DNA from: Tubiluchus corallicola
Taxonomy: Eukaryota > Animalia > Priapulida
Length of the DNA: 64,000 nucleotides
Reading direction: 5' to 3'
Assembly: GCA_030141605.1 (NCBI GenBank)
Contig: JAQGDQ010000085.1
Coordinates: 310,001-374,000, forward strand
The notes under the pieces are model-generated. The model ran no database searches, was not told where the DNA came from, and saw nothing but the letters and a program-made list of their open reading frames with translations. A program made the position numbers and the translations under genes. Shown piece after piece: positions 40,601-54,095 of the stretch (positions are counted from its first letter, which is position 1; each line of letters begins with the position of its first letter).

Positions 40601-43600
40601 CACCTACAGTTAGCAAAATGGTGCAAGTGTAGTAAGTCCTACATGGGGCTCTTCATCAAAAACCATCAATTAATCCCAATTTTATCATGACGAGATAAAG
40701 ATTATAAGGCTGTCAAGTTTATAGTGACCCAGCCTGGTGACCAAAAGAAATTTATGTGACTTTCCACTTTTTAGCAACATTTTGTAACCTGTTCATACCA
40801 AGGTATACAGAAAGCGCGTACAAGCATTTTGTAGATTGTGCAAAAGAAACTATATGGAAAGCATGGGAGCAGCCTGTCAAGAGATATAATCATGATGTAC
40901 AGTATGAGAAAAATTGAAGAATCAACAGCTAACACTTATTGGCCCTTATGATAACTGAATTTATTTGTTTACAAGTATTAAATATAACAATGGTGGCTCA
41001 TTTTTATGTCAAGTAAGACATAATTGCCATATATAAAATTGTAAAAGTAAAATTTACATAGGTCAGGAGTTTATGTGAACAAAAGGCCTTCTAGAAAAAA
41101 AACGTCTTTAGAAAAACTTCAGATAGCTTAATAAGACTTAACCTTACTCGAATGAGTTTCACTCATATCATTCAGTACCTTTGGCATCTTTCTGATTTTC
41201 TTCAAATGTGATGTTGCCTAGATGAAGCACACTAGCCACAACTGCAAAAACGTCCATGCATTCCGTTTCAGTGAATCCCAGTTGTAACATTGCACGCTGT
41301 GTGAGACCGAAATCTGTCATGTCGTCTAGCACCGGATCTGTCAGACAGCCCTTTTTCAAATACTGCAACATGAAAGATATGTGAAGAACTGGCCTCTTGC
41401 TAACACAGCGGCAAGACTACAAAGAATTATGAGTCTTACATGTTACATATTCAAATAAAGGGCAAAATAATTTGGCAAAAGGGATCGTACCTCTTTGCTT
41501 TTCCGATTAGCATTTAGCTGAGCATCACTTTCTGCAGTACAGAAGTATTGTGTATTGCCTCGATTCAAGTACTGAAAAAATAATATGCGAATAAAACTTC
41601 AAACAAAATCTTTTGTAAGTACATTTTATAAGCTGAACGAACAAGCTCTATGTTACTAATTAAATGTAACATAACTAACTATGTTACAAACCAAGCATTG
41701 TCACTTATCAAATCACTTATCACTTGTCAATAAAAATTAAGCCTTGTTAATCACAAATCCAAATAATTTCTTACATGGTACTGATCGGGGTTGCCAACTC
41801 GCAAGCTCTTCCTGATCTGGTCAGAAGCCCCGGCGCACATCTGGTAGAAAATATGATAATTTCTCTCATGACTGTTCTGTACGCATATCCTCGACTTCTC
41901 CAACAAGTAATGAGAAATATAACCGCCCTCGACCTGGCCCTTGTTGTTGAAATGTATTTCCACGAACTTGCCAAAACGTGAACTGTTGTTGTTGCGTACT
42001 GTCTTAGCATTGCCAAATGCTTCCAGTAAAGGATTGGCTGAAAGTGCAAATGAACACAAGGTGACATTGTTACATAGCAAATAAGTTCAAAGCAAATTAC
42101 AAAGTCTCACTTTGCATAAGTGCATTAGAATTCTGGGTAAGACTAGCTGTCTAATTTGTGATCCTAATGTGTACATCACACTTACAACGATTAATGGCTA
42201 ATACATTAAAGAAAGAGGTTCTGAAAAAGTGTGAGTCATTTAGCATTTAGAACTTGTGGTTTCTAAGGCGCACACTCTAACATTTCACCTATCAACTCAA
42301 TGTAGCACAGCAAGTCTGAAATCTCATCTTAGCAATATACAACCAATCAGAACCACCTATCGCCTATCCCACACCTGTTGCAATTCTGGTTGTCATTCCA
42401 ACAATTTAAATTATGTACCCTGAATGTGAAATGTCTAATGAAACTCGTTCTGGTAACTGAACAGCATGGATGACACAGTCACATATGTGAAACATAAAAA
42501 GCATATAAGAAACTTCCATAAACTTACCCTGTAAAATACGTTCCTCAATGGGCCCTGCATGTGTACCCCAATTTTCTGTTAGATATCGCAATATGTATTT
42601 TGTGCTCTCTGTCTTGCCAGCACCCGATTCACCACTGACGATTATAGATTGACTTTCTTTCAATGTTCTCATATCACGGTATGCTTTGTCGGCTACAGCA
42701 AACAAAATCAGGAGAAATTAATGTCTGTTAGAATTTCTGTGTGAACGATCATTAATGTTAATCAAATGAAAATGATGGATTATACGATCAATAAACATCT
42801 AACAGCAGAGCCAATTGGCTTAATTAAATTTTGATACTAAACTTGAAAGACAAGAAACATGAAACAGTTGACATGCAGCCCGGATATGAAAAGAGTGATT
42901 GAGCGATCTAATACTGAAAATGCTAAATTGGATTGATAAGGGATGAAATTTGGACTGCCTTGACCAATAGATGCTGTGGCCTAGTGGTCAAGGTATTTAA
43001 AATTGAGCAGAACATCTCTAGTTCAAATCCAGGCTGCATCCCAACTTTTTTACATTTCTCGTCTTTCAAGTTTTCAATTAAAATGTAATTAATTGCGGAT
43101 TTATAACATCATGACAGAATCATTTAGCCACAAAATGTTTAATATTTGCAAAACGCATTTTATACATGGAATAATTTTAGCGACAGTTACATCCATCGCT
43201 TCCTTTAACAACTACAATGAGTCCGTCATGGAAGAGACATGTCTGAGTTCTAATCATCATTACCTATTGCAAAGACATGAGGTGGCATAGTGCCGATTGA
43301 TCTTCCCTTGTATTTTTTAATCACATCCGCTGTATAAACCTGACTGATCGCTTTATATGGATTAACAGCAACTAAGATGTTAGCTACATATGTCTGGAAA
43401 GAAACAAGGAAAAAAACAAGTAATACATGTTACTTTAAACCACACACACATGCACACATATAGTGAGACTGTTTTGATACTAGTAAATATTCAGTATAAG
43501 TTTCAATGTGCCAAGTGAACAGTGATGGTTTACAGGAAGAGACTCTGCAGTGCCTTCAAAATATTTTAGTTGAATACAGCCATATAAAATCCTGTAACTT

Positions 43601-46600
43601 CTGTAGGGGACTCACAGCCGAGTGGTTACGTAGCCATGTTTGGTGTGAATGCTTTGTGACCACTTAGGTTTGATACTCGTTCTGTGCAGTTGCACTTGCC
43701 ATACTGATTCTGGCTGTTTCCGAGTAGAAGAAAAATGTACATTCAAATGTCGCTGAGATACCTATGCTGGTTCACTGGCTCATCGTACAGAGATACTGTT
43801 ATTAATGAATTAAATTTCGGTCTCATTACAAACAGTATTGGTGAGTACATACATCTAGTATGCCCAAGTGTATTGCTGAGTCAACCCAGAATATAGAAAT
43901 TTGTCTTTAGGACATAGATCAAAACAACTTACTGAAAAGATTCATGGTCTCACGATTATGCATATTGAAATGCATGATGAAGTTTGCAGATTAAAATGTA
44001 TATAAAAAAATTAAGATATGATATGCAGTTTAAAAATCACTTATATACCCACCCTACCAAATAAAATTAAAAGTTAAAAATATGACATGTTGAATTATGA
44101 AGTAAAAATGTTTCGTGCATTAGTGGCAGTAAATTTACAGCAAGCAGCAGCATTGAAACCATAAAGATCAAATGAATGATGGAAATTCATACAGAAGCAC
44201 TTAAACTAGATTAATTGAGTACTGAACTATAGTGACGTTATAAGCTGAAATGAAATAGAGGCATAAATTTTTAATGATTATGGATCATAAATGTAACAAA
44301 GGAATTAAAATTAAAATGTATCGTCAATAGAAAAACTGAGGGTTAAAGTTTACAATTCCCATACACAAGAAATTAGGGTATTTAAATTGAGTGGGGAATT
44401 GTAAACAGTGGCGGACTAGCCCACCGATATATCGGGAAATTTCCCGGTGGGCTTCAATGTGACCATCCCTTTAGAAATATCTGAAAAAAGTGAAAACTAA
44501 AAAAAATAAAATTATTGTGTAGATTCTGGGAAGATTTAAATAAGGATTCTTTGATGTTATAATTTCTCTTGTTAGATGACAGATACTCTCAATTCCTGGT
44601 TTGATGAAGCTTTTTTCATTTTTACGGACATTTTTAAATTTGTTTTGGTTGATGAGATATTAAGCACATTATAAGAAATATTCCTTCAGTAAATCAAAAT
44701 TTGAGGCATCGGGTAAAAAGTGCAAAATATTTTTGTTACATCACGAAAAATAGCCATACATACGCAATGCCCGTTACAAATTATTCAACATAACAGCAAT
44801 ATAAGATTTGCAATGAAATTATGTATTGCAAAAACGAGGAATAGTCTCCTTATTTCATTTTATTTTTTGTTGTTGTCGTTAATATAGTATGCACACTTAA
44901 TGTGCATAGTAGAAATTTAGGGCAATTAGCAAGTGGCTCATATACCAGTACAACGTAAAAAACTCACGTTAAAACAATGTGCTTTCCATTTGACTGGCCC
45001 CTTTTACTTTACAAGTTTTCCCAGTAGAAATTTTTTAGACCCAGTCCGCCACTGATTGTAAACTCCTTCCAAACTGAGACATGACTCGAAACACGCAAAC
45101 TGACAGCCAAATGCAATAATGCTGCATTATTAAACTATTGATCAATATGAAATTCTTGAGTTCCTATAAACAACTTACACATTATAAACCTGGACGACAG
45201 CCAGTAGCAATTTATGAACACATTTCTTATCAAATTTACTTCAAAACTCTTGAAACTAAGAATTTTACTTTTTTGCAACGACCTTCGGACTATAGAGTCA
45301 CTATATACGCTTGTATCAACTTGAAAATGGGCGATTATTACCAGACTGCCTAACAACTACTGTATCTAGCTAATACTTACGTATATTTGGTCTCGCTGAT
45401 AACGCAACCGAACATTATTCAGTAAAGTAGCTTCATTCAAATACATCAGTGCACCTAAACGGTATCATGACAGTATGATCATTTATAAGAAACTACAAAA
45501 TATATTTATTTTATGCTTCTAGATTCGTCTAAACGTGAATGGGCACAATTGGTAATGATATGAAGCACATTAAATTAATTAATTTAAAGAAGAATGTTTT
45601 AATTTTACTCACAATTGTCATCTACATCTTTGTTGTCATCATCCTCAGCTGCATGCACTCGACTGTAAGCTTCCTCGATAAACTGTAAATTATCAAATAC
45701 AAATAAAACGCAAATAAAACTGATTGATGTTCATTACAAAACAAGGTCAACAACATTCTCAAATCTCAAATGTTTAAAACTGCGAACAATGCCACAGTTA
45801 ATTTCGTGTCGATGACATTTAGAGTGTGCAAAGTTATTCAAACCATTCTCATCAGTCAGACAAAACTCTATAATCGATATTTATGTTTTTGTATCAAAGG
45901 TAATCAAAATAATCAATTAGTAATTAGCAAGATGAGAAAGCACTTATGATTATAATATATACTACCTGATCACATCAAAATTCAGAAAGCATGATGTAGT
46001 GATGAGTGTGATAAATTTTGCTATGAATTGTTGAAAAATGTCAGGTATCAATTACTTTGGCAGGTAATCAGTTAGTAGATGATTATATTTTTCGCGTAAA
46101 AATTTCAACTTTGGCACTAAAAAATATATAGCCTGCTAAAAAAACTATTTCAAGCCCAATTATGCGGTATATGTGCAAACAAATTGAATTGAATGAACAG
46201 CAACTTTCAAAGCTTACGACGCTGAATTAGTGTAGTCGTATGATAATCCCTAATTGCTTAACTAGCCAACTATTAGATATGAAATGAGTAATCAATTACT
46301 TAACGAAAAATAATCAGTAACTAGTTTCTGGTATCGCCCATCATCAGCCTGATGAGAAACTTGGCGAAACGCACACGTTTCCATGAACTCAGTAAACAGC
46401 TCATACTGACGTGCTTTTTTTTTCATTGGTTGTAGTACATTGAAGAGTTTACCTATGAAGTCACCCTGCTTCTGTTGCAACTTCGTTTTCACATAGTGAG
46501 CTTGTTCTTAATATTTCCAAAATTTATTAACGTGCGACCATTCAACAGACGGCCAGAGTAACCATAGTTGAATAAGCTGGCTGAACACATACAAACCTTT

Positions 46601-46713
46601 CCAGGAGTAACATAAGGTTCCACAAAAATAGTATCACTTGATATGTCAACTATTTCCCCAAGAATGAAGCCATCCCTAGGATGGGGTGCCCATACTTTCC
46701 GGTGCTCCTCCAT
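25669..46713 (-). CDS. MYO6: Unconventional myosin VI (jaguar/Myo95F-like), ~1239 aa (~1258 aa with cassette exon)
   Basis: Exons (minus): 46713-46597, 45682-45613, 45454-45381, 43393-43264, 42692-42528, 42037-41775, 41571-41491, 41362-41179, 40603-40462, 39900-39743, 39213-39049, 38028-37901, 37022-36927, 36291-36091, 35499-35406, 35013-34883, 34364-34157, 33085-32995, 32541-32391, 31156-30939, 30106-29910, 29403-29263, 28028-27897, [27500-27444], 27068-26838, 25820-25669. Sum is 3720 nt, in frame to TAG. Motifs: P-loop GESGAGKTE, switch [10 protein letters not shown], switch II DIAGFE, insert-1 ([17 protein letters not shown]), insert-2/IQ, ER/K SAH, MIU ([13 protein letters not shown]), [23 protein letters not shown] and WWY cargo motifs. 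Confidence 0.97.
27444..27500 (-). CDS. MYO6: Candidate alternatively spliced 57-nt Myo6 tail cassette exon ([19 protein letters not shown])
   Basis: Acceptor ctgtttctttttctag and donor AAG|gtgact; phase 1-1, stop-free and frame-preserving; downstream TGCATG motifs. Confidence 0.65.
36580..36905. repeat. Older dispersed repeat (~330 bp), paralogous to 48296-48635
   Basis: Shared blocks CCACTGA(T/C)TCA, TACAGTAA, TTAGTTAGTGAAG, TATCTAAACTT, CTCTGTATG(C/T)AATAA, AAAATTTCAAG. Confidence 0.65.
37335..37405. repeat. Compound microsatellite (GAC)n(TAC)n
   Basis: gacgacgacgacgactactactactactactgctactacactactacaac. Confidence 0.9.
38330..38545. mobile_element. Palindromic MITE-like element in Myo6 intron
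   Basis: GCAAGTTCTCTCTGAGAGTAAATTTGCAAATATGAACGGC vs GCCGTTCACACTTACAAGTTTACTCTCAGGGAGAACTTGC. Confidence 0.7.
42970..43041 (+). pseudogene. Degenerate tRNA-like sequence (tRNA pseudogene or SINE head)
   Basis: A-box TGGCCTAGTGGT, B-box GTTCAAATCC, acceptor GATGCTG/CTGCATC; anticodon arm does not pair. Confidence 0.5.
44406..45054. mobile_element. Non-autonomous hAT-type DNA transposon (MITE) in Myo6 intron
   Basis: TIR CAGTGGCGGACT ... AGTCCGCCACTG; perfect 8-bp TSD ATTGTAAA at 44398-44405 and 45055-45062. Confidence 0.9.
45795..45902. repeat. ~110-bp dispersed direct repeat, copy 1 (copy 2 at 48827-48939)
   Basis: CAGTTAATTTCGTGTCGATGACATTTAGAGT...TTATTCAAACCATTCTCATCAGTCAGACA...TTTTGTATCAAAGGTA is nearly identical in both copies. 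Confidence 0.9.
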
Positions 46714-47009
46714 TGCTGTTAACTAACTGTGTCCTGTTGGCTCACTGCAAGAAGAAACAACACTGCACTGAAATTAAAAAACAAACACCGCAAGTAAGAC
46801 TTTGAAGAATTAAACTACACATCTGTTGAGTCTGTCACATATGTAGTCTGTAGATAACTACAGATGGTCATGAGTCATTATTATCTCATGACCGTGAGAT
46901 GGTTAAATTACCATCTTTACATTATAGAAGAGCTAGAGGTGATAGAATGCTACAAGTTTACCCATGGTGTGTATACCATCCCAGTTCCCTTTGGAGTTGA
47001 TATCTTAGC

Positions 47010-47170
47010 AGGACTAGAGGGCATAGGAAAAAATTGAAGAAACCATACTGTAGGGCATCTGTTAGGCAACATTATTTTTCATTGAGGATTGTTAACCTGT
47101 GGAATTCATTGTCAGATCATGTTATCACTGCCCTATAACTTAATATATTCAAGGTCAGGTTGGATCAGTA
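47010..47170 (+). mobile_element. CR1-like LINE 3' end fragment
   Basis: Translates TRGHRKKLKKPYCRASVRQHYFSLRIVNLWNSL, typical of the CR1 ORF2 C-terminus (TRGH...R..FFS.R.V..WNSLP). Confidence 0.75.
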
Positions 47171-48826
47171 TTGGAGAAGATTTTGGTATTAAAGCAAACC
47201 TCCATTTCTCCGCCAAGTAGGCACAGAATGTTATGATTTTATCACTAGCAGAGATGACGAGAACGTTGCACAGATCCAAGACCTTAAGCAACGCATCATT
47301 AAAGTAAAGTAAACTAAATAAAGTGAGATGATGTAAAATTAACGTGTAGAAATGTTTACATTCATTTAAATTTGCACAGCAAATAGTCAATATTTACAGA
47401 TCAGAACAATTTTAACCAAGCATAAAATCACCTGTAAAAATTAAGTCTCTTCCAGGGTAAATAATGAAGAGATACATGAGGTCCTCAGAACAGCTGAAGT
47501 TGCTAATTGAGAACTACATGTACACACCTTGGGAGTCAATGAGTTCAGAAAGACTTGGATGAATTATTGTCATTGGAAATTCCAAAGCTTTTAGTGGAAT
47601 ACACAGATTTGTTTTACTTTTAATCCCAGTGAAGTACCTGGCAAACAAATTTACAAGCTAGCAGTTGTAAAATCCTCACCAGTTGAGTATCTATTGATTT
47701 GCAGCAACCTTGGGTGACTAACATTGTACGTTTCAGACACACAGAAACCGCTATCAGAAAGAAACAGCCACTAGCACTTGTTTAAAACAGTTCATTACGC
47801 CTATATGTAAATGTTCCCTGTGCAAAGTCCACAACTTTCTGTACGTCAATTGCACAAAGTGTGCACAAAGGTAAAGGTAAAGAACACTGAGTCATATAAA
47901 ATCTTGCCGTTACTTGTATGGGCTTGCTCTAAATGCCATTTGTTGTCTAAACTATAATCACTCACCATGATTGGATCGTTTAAAACTTTGAGTTCCTTAT
48001 AATAACTACTTTCACCACATTACAGTTGTGTTTGTCTGTAGAGCCCTTTTGATAGTCAAGAAGATTTGTTTGGGTCAAGAAGATGGGCTAGAATTATTTA
48101 AAGAGGGAAAGGGCATTAGAAATGACATAAAGTGTGTCCCAAAAAATTTTCATACAAAATTATATTATTTAGGATTACGCTTACCTGCTTGAAAGATTTA
48201 TGTAACTAGAAAAGAAAATTCACGGTAATTTTAAAATATTCACGCCATCGGGTAAAATATCATTGACTGACTATATATATATATATATATATATCAGTGT
48301 GCACCACTGACTCACCAAAAAAGAAAACACATTTTTAATCTCATTGACGAGATACAGTAACTTATACTTTTGCTTAGTTAGTGAAGTGTGCGCTACGGAT
48401 TCTCTGGTTATTTCTTCAAACTTTAAGTAAATGCTATCTAAACTTGTTTTAAACGACTTGCCGTCAAAATGGGTGCGTCTAACTCTTAACGGTTATATCA
48501 GCAGGTTAAATTTTCATGTTTCATACAGCGATGCTGCTAATGCAAACTCTGTATGTAATAAGGCAGTATGTAGGTAATACAAAATTTCAAGACTTATTAA
48601 GCATTATTTATAAAGAGTGTTTTTTTGTGCTTTAAGTAAATACTCTGAGGGCTTTTCTTTAAGGCCATAGCTATACAAGAAACATTTGCTAGCTAAATAC
48701 TACTAATGTACAGTACAGAATCTCCTCATTAAAATGTTAATCGATGGTAAAAACTTGTCTGACAACTACTCAAGATACAGATTGTTTTTCAGAAGGTTTT
48801 TTACACAACGATTATCAATAATGCTG

Positions 48827-48939
48827 CAGTTAATTTCGTGTCGATGACATTTAGAGTCACGTGTGCAAAGTTATTCAAACCATTCTCATCAGTCAGACAG
48901 AACTCTATAACCAATATTTATGTTTTTGTATCAAAGGTA
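48827..48939. repeat. ~110-bp dispersed direct repeat, copy 2
   Basis: Near-identical to 45795-45902 with a short insertion (CACGT). Confidence 0.9.
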
Positions 48940-50010
48940 TAAGAGTAAATTTCTACGTCAGCTGTGGTAAGGAAGTTAGAAGCCAAATTTAATGCACAAT
49001 TATTACAAACAATCACTAGTTTAGCTCTGACATACCTAGGTGCATAAATTATTTATTTTTTTAGACAAATCGCCCGAACAAGAACAATAAGTACTAAAAC
49101 AGAAAAATAGAATTCTCATGAATTAGGACGATTCAAGGTACCGATTGATATTTTCTTGGAACAACTGAATTGCAAAACTTAGCAGGGAAACAATTTCCCG
49201 GGTAAAAAACAATTGCACAGATAAGCGGCATGTGGAAACGACTGAATTTATCAACAGCTGACGGATGCAGCTAGGAATATCCAGGGTAAAAGAACAAAGT
49301 TTATTTTTACACATATATAGTATGTAATCAATGTAAGCAGTTTGGGGAAAGGAATTTTTACTCCCTTCCTCTATATAAAGTGAAATATCTAGTTTTAATC
49401 GGAGAATATACAATGCAGTAAAGTTATTTTAGTAGAACAATATATTGTGTTAATTTTTTACAGCGTGGTTGTCTTTATACTTTCACTACTATTGAATTAA
49501 TCAAAATTTAAATTAATAGGAAAGTCTACATTACGAATAGATAATAAACTGATTATAGTAATTTCGCAAAACAACAAATTTGTGAGGTGTCGTAAAAGAA
49601 CAAAGAAAAAATATTGGATTTACATATGTGCAATTTTGAAATGGAAAAAGACAACAATTTCGCATGAAATATTATCACGAACAATTACAAAATTTTATAA
49701 ATGTTGACATTTATGTTGAAAACCGTAGATCGATTTTAATCAAAACAGTACTATCAGTATCAATACAAATGCAATTTTTATGAGTGAGGATTTGGGAGTA
49801 TGAAGTTATTAATTAAAAACGTACAAGGAAAAAGCATGGGACAGGAAATAATGATGACCACATGTGCAGAAAGCACTCAAGTGCAAATTTAATAGACTAA
49901 CTTAAAACGCAAGAATACTCCTTCAAAAATACATTACACTTAAAATCCGCTTGGACATCTTCATTTATGTATGGAATGAATGAGGTCTTTACTACAAACA
50001 TTGGTCACTA

Positions 50011-50400
50011 ACTCACCATAAGTTTCTTAGAACGCACCTGTAATTTTAAACTACAAGGCGAGTAATTTATCTGCTTTCTTCACTTAATTGCCCTAATCGC
50101 TTAATCTCCAAATTACTAGTGTGGAAACACAGATACGCTCAGGTACAGAAAACCGGATAACAGCATTTGTTCATTCATACTATTAGTTTGTGCTCCATTT
50201 GTACAGCACGTAATTTCAGAGAAAATTCTGGAGTAGGCGAAATACGGAGCTGTCCATCTATCTGTGAATTTTCTTTACGTTTACACTATTATTTGCGGGA
50301 GTTTAAGATGAATACAACTAAAATAAAATACAGGTACAGTGGTTCACCTGGTAAACGTGTAACCGCTGAAAAACGTAATGTTAACGGTACTGTTACGGAA
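50011..50400 (-). promoter_or_regulatory. Probable Myo6 promoter / non-coding first exon (donor GTGAGT at 50016-50011)
   Basis: Myo6 ATG exon is preceded by an acceptor (ttgcag at 46750-46745). This is a locally CpG-richer stretch with a strong minus-strand donor. Confidence 0.4.
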
Positions 50401-50407
50401 GGTCTAC

Positions 50408-50710
50408 CCAGCACGAAAAATATAGTCACAATACGGAAATGTTGCTTGCTACAACATTGAACCAATATTTTTGACAATATTTTTTTTCCATATTGTGTCA
50501 ATGTTGTATAGCATGGTAAATATTGTCACAATACAGAATATTGTCAAAAATATTGGTACAATGTCCTGACAATATGGAAAGAAATACTGTCAAAAATATT
50601 GGTACAATGTTGTGGCAAGTTCACATTTACGACATTCCCATGTTGTCCCAGTATTTGCAAAAAATATTGCGAGAACATTGTGGCAATATAATGAAGTATT
50701 ATCCAAAATT
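50408..50710. repeat. Degenerate direct and inverted array of AATATTGTCAAAAATATTGGTACAATGT-like units (transposon end-like)
   Basis: ACATTGAACCAATATTTTTGACAATATT at ~50454-50482 is the reverse complement of units at ~50537-50565 and ~50583-50611. Confidence 0.65.
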
Positions 50711-53700
50711 TCACAAAACTGTACAAACTACAATAATTACAATGTATAACGCAAAGGTTTTTAAGTGTCATAACACTTACAACTGTACTGTGTTAAACTG
50801 TAAAATATAAAACAAAACACGAGACCTATGCACTTCTTACGACACACAAACAAAACCCACCATAACTTCTGCTGTAAGTATGTGATGCAGAAACTTTAAA
50901 CAGCCACAGTCACGCAACGGTTGAATTCATCCTTAAACCGCACACACTTTTTCAGTTTACCACCATTAAACGTGTAAACCTTTACCTTCAGAACAAACAA
51001 AAGCGAAAGCAATTACCCCCCAGAAAAACAGGTGGAGGTTACCATGAGAACAACAGCAGATTACCTGTAAACAGTGCGACAGGTGAGAGTTGAGTATGCA
51101 AGCTGTGAACAGGAAATATTGATTAATACTGGGTCACTGACACCGCTCCTTTTAATAAAACAGGACCTCAGCCATTGTAAAACTGTACTCCTGTTCATCA
51201 ACAATAAGCACAGGATGTTAATGCATTGTGTGCAATGTATTGCAGTTTACAACAACCAGACTTGTCTGCTAATACGGTACATGTACACAAGTACTCAGAA
51301 TGGTAAAGTGTGACCACAAATGACCAAAACCCAATAAAAATGAGACAAGTAAGAAGTGTCTTTCCTCACCTTACTAACTTTTACAATTTATATATATGAT
51401 GATAAACACCTCACCCAAAGTAAACACAGCCCAAAAAACTCAAACTCATTTACCACTTGAAATGTACAGTTGTGCACAAAAATTTAAGACCAGTACCAGA
51501 CTTTTATATAACAAAAAATTAGAACGACTTTTACTACACAAAATCCAAAAAATAAACCATTAAATTGCTGCTCATTTGACCTGCAATGCAGAACATATAA
51601 AACAGAACAATCATTCAGAGACACATTTCCAGAACTCCAAAAGTACTTTTCACATTCTCTGACTTCGCCATTGTTACCCAGACCATGACGCCAAAATAGT
51701 CACATATCACACAAGGTACATAAATTTATTTGAGATTTCTTGAATAAATCCTTTCAGGAAATGACGGTAATGCATAAGAGACAGTGTATATGCACAAAGA
51801 ATTAGCAATAACATAATTAGATGTTCAAACTCAGTACTCCTATATCATACAATTCATACATCATATTTTAATATAGACTAAAGAATCTTCAGAACCATTC
51901 TGCTACCGGTTATTATAGTGAAATGAAAGCAAATAAAAAATACAAGTACATTTACTATAGCTCACAAAATTTGCATCGAAAGGCCAATGTGTGGGCCAGT
52001 AAGGCACACCTCTAGCAAAACACTCCCGAGCATTATAAGGCTGCTAAATTAACCAGGACAACATTATAATAATGCTTACCTGATTGCGCTGTACCCTATG
52101 TTCTAAATTCCAGTACGGCAATACCAATCTTTCACTATCTAATCATCCTGCCAAACCATTTATGCACTATTAATTAACAAAATTCATAACACCACCAATT
52201 ACGAGTAACCTAAGCCAAAAGCAAAATTAAAGTATAGAAATTGCCGGTCCTCAAAAGGTTTTATTACCTGCTCCACTACAGACAAGTGCGCAGAAAAGTA
52301 GTTCTACAAGAAACATACTGTAGCTATAAAAACAGTAAAACGAAAAAGTAGTAAATTTAGGTAACTATAATTGTTTACGCTTGATATGAATAGGGACAGT
52401 TTTAAGTTGTTTTTAGTAGACAATAACAAACTTTTAATGAGGCGGATTAGTACAAAAATAATCAATAGGTGAGTACAAGGTGCTATAACAGCAGGTGAGT
52501 CAAAGTCAAAGAACCTTATCATAGTTATAATAACGCTTCTTTGCCCCATCTAGTGGTTGCTTGTGAAACTACCACAATCTTAAGTAAATCTGTATTATTT
52601 ATAAAGGGTGCATCCATTCAAGATATACTATGTGAGTCCAGGCGGCATATTTTGAGGAGGTTTAGCCCCTCTTGTTCTAAATATTGACTAAACACATCTG
52701 AAATAAAATTTCTTATCATTACCTTTTTTACGAATCATTTTGTTTCCTATCCTGTTCTGTTACTTACAAGTACATCAAATTATCACATGTACAGTACATT
52801 TATATTATACTTGACGATAAACCATATGCAAATCATAATTTAGCACTATAACGAATAGTTTGAAATGGGATTAATATTATTTTCACCCGCGATCTGCCCT
52901 GCATTTATATCTATCTGTGCATGTCCTGTATGAATCCGATACTGACTGAATTTTATAATAATTATGCAATTATGGTGTTGAGCAGAACATAATAATATGC
53001 ATAATAACCATATTAAAAGGCTAAAAAGCTTTCAAATTTTTTATTGGTTTAGTGATCGTGTAGCTGTTGTCCTTAAAGCATCTCACAGTTCCAAATAAAG
53101 AGATAGCTACCTTTAGGAACTAACAGTAAGCTGACTCAATTTAGAATTTACATTATCAGATTCTTGTTATGTCTATTGCAGACATTGAGCAAATAAAACT
53201 TTAAGTAATAAAAAATCTGTCGACGAAACAACTAAACGCCACAGCCAAACCACTCATCTTCTAATACCGTATACTCGGTAACTATTTAGTAAAATTGCAA
53301 TAGGTTTCAATGGCTCGTATATGAAGAGTAAACAACTTCAGCTTCGAATTAGTGAGCGTATGAAACCTAATAAACCACAAATAAACCACAGTTTGTTGAA
53401 CATAGTCGCACTGTAATGTTGCTGTTTTGAAAGAGGAGTTTCCTGTTTTAGATGTTGGAAAGAGTAAGTTTAGTTTGCTCATAAAAGAAGCATATTTCAT
53501 CAAATTGCTCCATCCTACACTAATGCAATAGTGGGTGAATATAGATAATTTTAATGTTAAGTAATTTGGAATTTACGTTGTTTGGACCTTATAATGTGAG
53601 TTTGTTTTGAATAGGTTTAGAACAGTTTAGAATGCAAAGTAAAGGTGTTCAGGTATTTTATGATAAACGAATTAATATGATGGAGCCCGGCACTCTAAAG

Positions 53701-53859
53701 CACCTATAAAATGTCTAACATTTATACAGAATATTGAGTTTTTTTTGCTTATTATTATTTACAATAATTATAATATTCAGTATTTACAATACGATCAATG
53801 CCCAGATTTATCAGAAGTGTTATTTTTGACAATAATTATTCACAGTAAAACTTAGTAAA

Positions 53860-54095
53860 CGTTTTGTGCATAGATGGCGCAGTGAAGCCAAATTGCGAAT
53901 TCAAAAGCGATTGCAAAGTTTGTTTCAGGGCATAGACTAACTTAATTCTGATTGGCTGCTTCAACGGGGCCACTAACCCAGCATTGTGAGAAGACGAACA
54001 GTAGGTCAGCCATTTATAAACAAAATTTATATCGGTTTATTTGAAGTGTGACTGTTTATGTGTTTTTGTTCTTTCACATGTGTGTAAACGTAAGT
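53860..54095 (+). promoter_or_regulatory. Probable sestrin promoter / non-coding first exon
   Basis: CTCF-like TAGATGGCGC at 53871-53880, inverted CCAAT box (ctgattggct ~53948-53957), donor GTAAGT at 54090-54095. The sestrin ATG exon has an acceptor at ~55668-55669. Confidence 0.5.

Noticed and set aside
42970-43041. Functional tRNA gene
   Set aside because: Anticodon stem and T-stem pair poorly; kept only as a pseudogene/SINE head
50450-50710. Repeated ~28-bp units that could be taken for a CRISPR-like array
   Set aside because: Eukaryotic context, degenerate units in both orientations, no regular unique spacers, no cas genes; typical transposon subterminal repeats
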